This document shows, piece by piece, positions 7,001 to 13,224 of a stretch of DNA of 13,224 nt. The notes below the pieces were generated by a model. That model worked only from the letters and a program-made list of their open reading frames with translations. It was not told the DNA's origin and ran no database searches. Position 1 is the stretch's first letter, and each line of letters begins with the position of its first letter. Both the position numbers and the translations under genes were made by a program. The stretch is from Octopus sinensis (lineage: Eukaryota), in the NCBI RefSeq assembly GCF_006345805.1, contig NW_021826315.1, forward strand, positions 1 to 13,224, read 5' to 3'.

Positions 7001-7568
7001 AAGTCGGCGAGCTGTCAGAATCGGGCGAAATGCTTAGTGTATTTCGTTGGCGCAACGTTTTGGGTTCAAATTCCGCCGAGGTCGACTCTGCCGTTCATCC
7101 TTTCGAGGTCAACTAAATTAAGTACCAGTTGCATACTGGAGCGATTTAATCGACTTAATACGTTTGTCTGTCCTTGTTTGTCCTCTCTGTGTTTAGCCCC
7201 TTGTGGGTAGTAAAGATATAGCTATTTTGTCTTCGCTACGTTCTGAGTTCAAATTCCGCCGAGGTCAACTTTGCCTTTCATCCTTTCGGGGTCGATTAAA
7301 TAAGTACCAGTTACGCACTGGGGTCAATGTAATCGACTTAATCCGTTTGTCTGTCCTTGTTTGTCCTCTCTGTGTTTAGCCCCTTGTGGGTAGTAAAGAA
7401 CTAGTTATTTCGTCGGTCGCTACGTTCTGAGTTCAAATTCCGCCGAGGTCGACTTCGCCTTTCATCCTTTCGGGGTCGATTAAATAAGTACCAGTTACGC
7501 ATTGGGATCGATATACTCGACTAGCCCCTTTCTCTCCAAATTTTCATGGCTTTACGCCTAGAGTAGAA
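7001..7568 (+). mobile_element. tRNA-derived SINE family B with internal tandem triplication (period 183-184 bp)
   Basis: Head aagtcggcgagctgtcagaatc, then the B-box-like GTTCAAATTCCGCCGAGGTC recurs at 7064, 7247 and 7431. Units 1-2 end in gtttgtctgtccttgtttgtcctctctgtgtttagccccttgtgggtagtaaaga. Unit 3 ends in the ordinary family tail followed by (AAT)n. Confidence 0.9.
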
Positions 7569-7884
7569 ATAACAATAATAATAATAATAATAATAATAAT
7601 AATCTATTCAATTATTTTAATTTTAAAATTTGCACTAAATTTAAATATGTTTTAAACAGATAACAAAACTACCGTATGCTGAAATCATTGATTTCTTTTT
7701 TTGTCTTCACAGTGGCAATGGTTCGATTCTTATGTAAATTGCAATTTATTTATTTATTTACATATATTTGTTTTATTATTATTTTTTTTGGAAGGAATTT
7801 AAAATATTTAGAATGATTAAAAAAAAAAATTCTCGCTTTTCTCTACTTTTTAAACATTTTTCGTTAACGGAGAAAACAGTGGAT

Positions 7885-8060
7885 GTTGCTGTTGTTGTTA
7901 TTGATGTCGTTGTTTTATTCGATGTTGCTCTACTTCTTGTTGTTGTCCATGTTAATTTTGCCCTTGTTGTTTTTCATTTTTTTTTACTTCATTTTGTTAT
8001 TGCTGTTGTTGTTGTTATTGGGGGGTGGGGTGGCGGTGGTTATGGTGGTGGTGGTCGTTT
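7885..8060. repeat. Degenerate (TTG)n/(GGT)n microsatellite
   Basis: Imperfect gtt/ggt trinucleotide runs. Confidence 0.8.
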
Positions 8061-8093
8061 GGCGTTTTTGGATGATTAAAAATAGGTTAATCA

Positions 8094-8561
8094 TGTACAC
8101 ACACACACACACTCACATATATATACACTCACATATATATATACATATGTGTGTGCTTACATACACATATACATACATACATACATATATATATGTGTGT
8201 ATGTGTTTCCACACAGACACACACACATACAGACGTGTATTCACAGTTATTTATATATGAGGATTTATGCATATGTGTGTGTGTGTATACACACACACAC
8301 ACACACACAACACACACATATATATATACTAGAGAAAAGGAGAGAGATGTGCATAAGTGAGTTGATAGATAGATAGATAGAGAGAGAGAGGGAGAGAGAG
8401 ACATATATATGTATATATATGTGTATGTATGCATATATATATGCATATATGTATGTATATATATATGCATATATGTATGTATATATATATGCATATATGT
8501 ATGTATATATATATATATGCATATATGTATGTATGTATATATATATATACATGTATATACA

Positions 8562-8593
<32 letters not shown>

Positions 8594-8694
8594 CATACAT
8601 ATACATAATATATATAATAGCTATATATACAATACATATATATTGTTATATACATACATATATATTTATATATACATATATATTTATACATACA

Positions 8695-8729
<35 letters not shown>

Positions 8730-9075
8730 CATACATACTATATATACATATACATATATATATATAAATAGATGTACATACATATATATATATACAATAT
8801 ATATATACATATATAATACATATATATATACAATACATATATATAGACATATATATAATACATGTATATATATATACATGTATATATATAAATGTATATA
8901 TATATACATATATATATATATACATGTATTATATATATACATGTATATACATATATACACACATATATAATTATACAAACAGATATATATATATATACAT
9001 GTATATATATATACATGTATATATATATATACACACATCTATATACATATATATATATATATATATACATACATT
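8094..9075. repeat. Approximately 1-kb compound (CA)/(TA)/(TACA)/(GA) microsatellite
   Basis: Almost continuous alternating purine-pyrimidine sequence. It generates the spurious Y/I/M/C/V/H/T ORFs. Confidence 0.95.
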
Positions 9076-9114
9076 TCACATACGATAATACATGTATTTC
9101 TACAATTATTAAAC

Positions 9115-9149
9115 TGTCTATCTCTATCTATCTATCACCTATCTATCAC

Positions 9150-9180
<31 letters not shown>

Positions 9181-9200
9181 CCCATCTCTCTCTCTCTCTC
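9115..9200. repeat. (TATC)n/(TC)n microsatellite
   Basis: Direct inspection. Confidence 0.9.
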
Positions 9201-9338
9201 ACATCCACATAGTGTTCTTTTCTGAAACAATCTATCAATGAAAATCGTCTGTATACACGACGCAAAACAAAAACAATAAAACACACACAGATATACACAC
9301 ACATTTTCCCCTTCCCCGATTATAAATCTGAATATATA

Positions 9339-9375
<37 letters not shown>

Positions 9376-9674
9376 ACGTGTATACGCAAATGCGTGCGTA
9401 TACACATATAGGAAATGTATGCGCACGGAATTACATATATACATACATGTATGTTTAAATTAACAATTATGATTAATCAAGCCAAAAATATTGTAATTAA
9501 AATTTCAAGGAAGAAGAAAGCAAAGAAAAAAAAAAGAATATAAATAATAATAATAATAATATTTGCTAAATTTATAAAATATATTTATTTTTCTAAAATA
9601 GGATTTACCTTAATCTAACAGACACAAAATATGGAAATAAGCACCTTAATCAACTCTGAGAATACAATTTCGAA

Positions 9675-9676
<2 letters not shown>

Positions 9677-9713
<37 letters not shown>

Positions 9714-9810
9714 TGTATGTGTGTTTGTGTGTGTGTGTATGTGTGTGTGTATGTGTGTGTTTGTGTGCGTGTATGTTTGTGTGTGTGTGTGTATGTGTGT
9801 GTGTGTTTGT
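9677..9810. repeat. (GT)n microsatellite
   Basis: Direct inspection. Confidence 0.95.
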
Positions 9811-9940
9811 TGATCGCAAGCAATGTTTCCCAATATATCCTCAATCTGAAAGATTTTTGTTATTTGAAGGAGACTTGGCTGTTATTTGGTTAGTGTAAAT
9901 ACATACATACAGACACATACACATATACATATATACATAC

Positions 9941-10196
9941 GCCGAACTATTGAGAAATCTGCAGTTACTCTATCCAGATTACAAGTTCAGTTTTATATCT
10001 GTAATTATTGGTGCCCTGGGGTATGTAACACACTGCCTAAATATCAATCTTGAGAAATTAGGCTTCTCAAAACCAAAAAGGGGAAAGTTGATTTGAAGAC
10101 TACAGATCTATCAATCTATCACTGGAACTGTAAAAATCTGTAAAACTTTCCAGAAGTTTATCATTTAAATATACATGAGCATGTCTAGATATGCAA
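9941..10196 (+). mobile_element. 5'-truncated copy of the same RLE retrotransposon as the 1-2024 array, in opposite orientation
   Basis: 9941-10168 reads AELLRNLQLLYPDYKFSFISVIIGALGYVTHCLNINLEKLGFSKPKRGKLI*RLQIYQSITGTVKICKTFQKFII*. It is preceded by an (ACAT)-rich tract at 9899-9940, and its 3' UTR is cut off where a SINE begins. Confidence 0.9.
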
Positions 10197-10205
10197 ATAA
10201 TAATA

Positions 10206-10422
10206 ATGGTTCCGAATTTTACCAAAAGGACGGCAATTTTGGGGAAGAGGAATGAGTCGATTACATCAATCCCCCAGTGCGTCACTGATACTTAATTTAA
10301 GGACTTGAAAGGATGAAAGGTAAAGTTGACCTCGGTGGAATTTGAACTTAAAACGTGAAGACGGGCGAAATACCGCTAAGCATTTTGCCTGGCGTGCTAA
10401 TGATTCTCCTAGCTCGTCGCTT
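10206..10422 (-). mobile_element. Full-length monomeric SINE family B, diverged
   Basis: Minus strand gcgacgagctaggagaatcattagcacgccaggcaaaatgcttagcggtatttcg...aagttcaaattccaccgaggtcaactttacctttcatcc matches 7001-7140. It is flanked by (TAA)n. Confidence 0.85.
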
Positions 10423-10467
10423 TAATAATAATAATAATAATAATAAAAATAATTACAAAATACCAAT

Positions 10468-10530
10468 AATGGTTTTTGATTTAGGTACAAGGCCAACAAT
10501 TCTCAAGGTAGGTGCGTAGTTTGATACTAC
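10468..10530 (-). mobile_element. Short 3' tail fragment of SINE family B
   Basis: aatggtttttgatttaggtacaaggccaacaatt resembles the family tail at 6892 and 10206. Confidence 0.5.
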
Positions 10531-10544
10531 CAACCATGTTGTAT

Positions 10545-10725
10545 CTGCCTACCTGTCTGCCTGTCTGCCTGTCCGTCCGTCTATCTATCTATCTATCTAT
10601 CTATCTCTCTATCTATGTCTATCTATCTATCTGTCTCTCTATCTATCTATCTTTCTCTCTCTCTATCTATCTGTCTCTCTATCTATCTGTCTCTATTTTT
10701 CTTCTGTCTGTCTGTCTATCTATCA
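10545..10725. repeat. (TGTC)/(TATC)/(TC) compound microsatellite
   Basis: Direct inspection. Confidence 0.9.
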
Positions 10726-10803
10726 ATTTTACATGTATGCATATATTAACACACAGGCATACACGTGTGTACACATATGACATATATGTGTGTATATATA
10801 TCT

Positions 10804-10988
10804 GTACCGGTGGCACATAAAAAGCATCCCCTACACTCACGGAGTGGTTGGCGTTAGAAAGGGCATCCAGTTGTAGAAACATTGCCAGATCAGACTGGGC
10901 CTGGCGCAGCCTTCTGGCTTCCCAGACCCCAGTTGAACCGTCCAACCCATGCCAGCATGGAAAGCAGACACTAAACGATGATGATGAT
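10804..10988 (+). mobile_element. 3' part of a SINE/LINE with an RTE-type tail ending in (GAT)n
   Basis: gagtggttggcgttagaaagggcatccagttgtagaaac...aaccgtccaacccatgccagcatggaaagcagacactaaacgatgatgatgat is recalled as a common octopus retroposon end. It terminates in a short tandem-repeat tail. Confidence 0.65.
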
Positions 10989-10993
10989 ATATA

Positions 10994-12680
10994 TCCAAAA
11001 CAGGCCCTGCCCTATTTAACATTGTCCCGAGGGAGATCAAAGAGGAAAAGGATCCCATCAACTTTAAACAGAGTCTGGATAGATTCCTTCAAAGAAAACC
11101 AGATAAGCCACTCATAATTGGATACAACTCACCCAACAAGAACTCACTACTTGAACAAAACTGGATACAACTCACCCAACAAGAACTCACTACTTGAACA
11201 AAACTGGATACAACTCACCCAACAAGAACTCACTACTTGAACAAAACTTGATACAACTCACCCACAAGAACTCACTACTTGAACAAAACTTGATACAAAC
11301 TCACCCAACAAGACTCACTACTTGAACAAAACTGGATACAACGCACCCAACAAGAACTCACTACTTGAACAAAACTTGATACAAACTCACCCAACAAGAA
11401 CTCACTACTTGAACAAAACTTGATACAACTCACCCAACAAAAACTCACTACTTGAACAAAACTTGATACAACTCACCCAACAAGAACTCACTACTGAACA
11501 AACTTGATACAACTCACCAACAAGAACTCACTACTTGAACAAACTTGATACACTCACCCAACAAGAACTCACTACTTGAACAAAACTGGATACAACTCAC
11601 CCAACAAGAACTCACTACTTGAACAAAACTTGATAAAACAACCACACCAACAAGACTCACTACTTGAACAAACTTGATACAACTCACCCACAAGAACTCA
11701 CTACTTGAACAAAACTGGATACAACTCACCCAACAAGAACTCACTACTTGAACAAAACTTGATACAACTCACCCAACAGAACTCACTACTTGAACAAAAC
11801 TTGATACAACTCACCCAACAAGAACTCACTACTTGAACAAAACTTGATACAACTCACCCAACAAGAACTCTCACTACTTGAACAAAACTGATACAACTCA
11901 CCCAACAAGAACTCACTACTTGAACAAAACTTGATACAACTCACCCAACAAGAACTCACTACTTGAACAAAACTGGATACAACTCACCCAACAAGAACTC
12001 ACTACTTGAACAAAACTTGATACAACTCACCCAACAAGAACTCACTACTTGAACAAAACTTGATACAACTCACCCAACAAGAACTCACTACTTGAACAAA
12101 ACTTGATACAACTCACCCAACAAGAACTCACTACTTGAACAAAACTGGATACAACTCACCCAACAAGAACTCACTACTTGAACAAAACTTGATACAACTC
12201 ACCCAACAAGAACTCACTACTTGAACAAAACTTGATACAACTCACCCAACAAGAACTCACTACTTGAACAAAACTTGATACAACTCACCCAACAAGAACA
12301 CACTAATTGAACAAAACTTGGATACAACTCACCCAACAAGAACTTACTACTTGAACAAAACTTGATACAACTCACCCACAAGAACTCACTACTTGAACAA
12401 AACTTGATACAACCACCCAACAAGAATCCACTACTGAACAAAACTGGATACAACTCACCCACAAGAACTTACTACTTGAACAAAACTGGATACAACTCAC
12501 CCAACAAGAACTCACTACTTGAACAAAACTGGATACACTCACCCAACAAGAACTCACTACTTGAACACAACTTGACTTAAACAGGATTCGAATAATCCTA
12601 TCAGGTGGTGCTATTAAGTTAGACATGGCCTGGACCAATCTTTGGTCGAAACATATCTAAGTTTATCTAAGTTTATATAA
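10994..12680 (+). mobile_element. 5'-truncated CR1/L2-like LINE 3' end, expanded internally by a minisatellite
   Basis: Open frame from 10994 reads SKTGPALFNIVPREIKEEKDPINFKQSLDRFLQRKPDKPLIIGYNSPNKNSLLE, which fits the GPxLFNxxP...FKxxLDxFL..PDxP..GY..NSL terminus of CR1/L2-group ORF2. After the array it reads NKNSLLEHNLT* (stop 12578-12580), then a short 3' UTR and a (CTAAGTTTAT)2 tail at about 12656-12676. Confidence 0.75.
11119..12575 (+). repeat. 43-bp minisatellite, about 34 copies
   Basis: Unit GGATACAACTCACCCAACAAGAACTCACTACTTGAACAAAACT (ggatac at 11120, 11163, ...). There are no unique spacers. Two junction variants occur, CTGGATAC and CTTGATAC, with scattered 1-nt indels. Confidence 0.97.
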
Positions 12681-13224
12681 GCATATGTATTTCAGTGTCT
12701 ATATGTGTATATATATGAACATGAATATGCGTATATCCATACATGTGTGTGTTCGCGTAGCCATGTGATATTTTATGCTGTAACCGATATGGCGTCCTAC
12801 TCTCAACGTGGTGCTATCGATAAAACTCACGCCCCGTGCTACTATTTAACATCAATTAGATAATATTTTAATTATATAATTAATTAATAGATAAATATAT
12901 AAATGAATGGATTAATTGGTTTGTCAAATTTGACGTTGAGATACGACCGCAGAAAAAGGAATTAGCGTTAAATAGGGGAACTGCACTCAAAGGGGTCACA
13001 TCTTCAGGGAGGAGGTCACGGGCTGTTACGAAAGAACTTTGACAAACAAATGAATTAATCAATTAGCTAGGTTCTAATTAATTGATGAAAATTCTGGAGC
13101 GAAGTATAAGCAGTGAGTGTGTGTTTATATAACATGACACCATACAAAGTACAACACACACACACACACACATATACACACATATATATATGTGTGTGCG
13201 TGTATATGTAAACATATGTATGTT

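Noticed and set aside
7713-7733. Possible 21-nt plus-strand microexon (ttgtcttcacAG ... GTaaat)
   Set aside because: The donor is weak, it is on the opposite strand to the only gene seen, and no peptide is recognisable. It is expected by chance in T-rich DNA.
7768-9898. Many long overlapping ORFs rich in Y/I/M/C/V/H/T/L
   Set aside because: They are translations of (TA)/(CA)/(GT)/(TTG) microsatellites, which lack stop codons in several frames.
11119-12575. CRISPR array or repeat-protein gene (ORFs 11514..11744, 12217..12462, 12362..12580, 12372..12638)
   Set aside because: Units are contiguous with no unique spacers, no cas genes are present and the context is eukaryotic. The 43-bp period cycles through reading frames.
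12940-13030. Minus-strand segment RDLLPEDVTPLSAV after an acceptor-like ttctttcgtaacAG, as a second CA exon
   Set aside because: The RxLLPE-like motif of CAs belongs downstream of the 4215-4351 exon, whereas this lies upstream. The donor is poor and no further CA motif follows.

Overview
Eukaryotic, AT-rich, repeat-dense DNA. I infer a coleoid cephalopod (octopus-type) genome from the SINE/LINE families and the microsatellite load. The only host-gene coding sequence I can support is one 137-nt internal exon (4215-4351, minus strand) of an alpha-carbonic anhydrase, most like CA10/CARP. The rest of the window is therefore probably two large introns of that gene. They contain: (i) a head-to-tail array of 3' ends of a restriction-like-endonuclease (RLE) non-LTR retrotransposon (1-2024), with an inverted copy at 9941-10196; (ii) several tRNA-derived SINE families; (iii) a decayed Chapaev-type transposase start and an approximately 230-bp near-perfect fold-back; (iv) a chain of Tx1/L1-like, R4/Dong-like, unclassified and SINE insertions each separated by (TAA)n tracts (about 4400-7600); (v) a 43-bp, approximately 34-copy minisatellite expanded from the last codons of a CR1/L2-like LINE; and (vi) large (TA)/(CA)/(TATC) microsatellites. 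Nearly all ORFs in the supplied track are microsatellite or SINE artefacts. I see no convincing new protein-coding system. The most original signals are three separate cases of retroelement 3' ends converted into tandem arrays, an apparent shared 3' tail between a SINE and Tx1/L1-like LINEs, and microsatellite-directed insertion. Family assignments come from motif recognition and memory, not from database searches.
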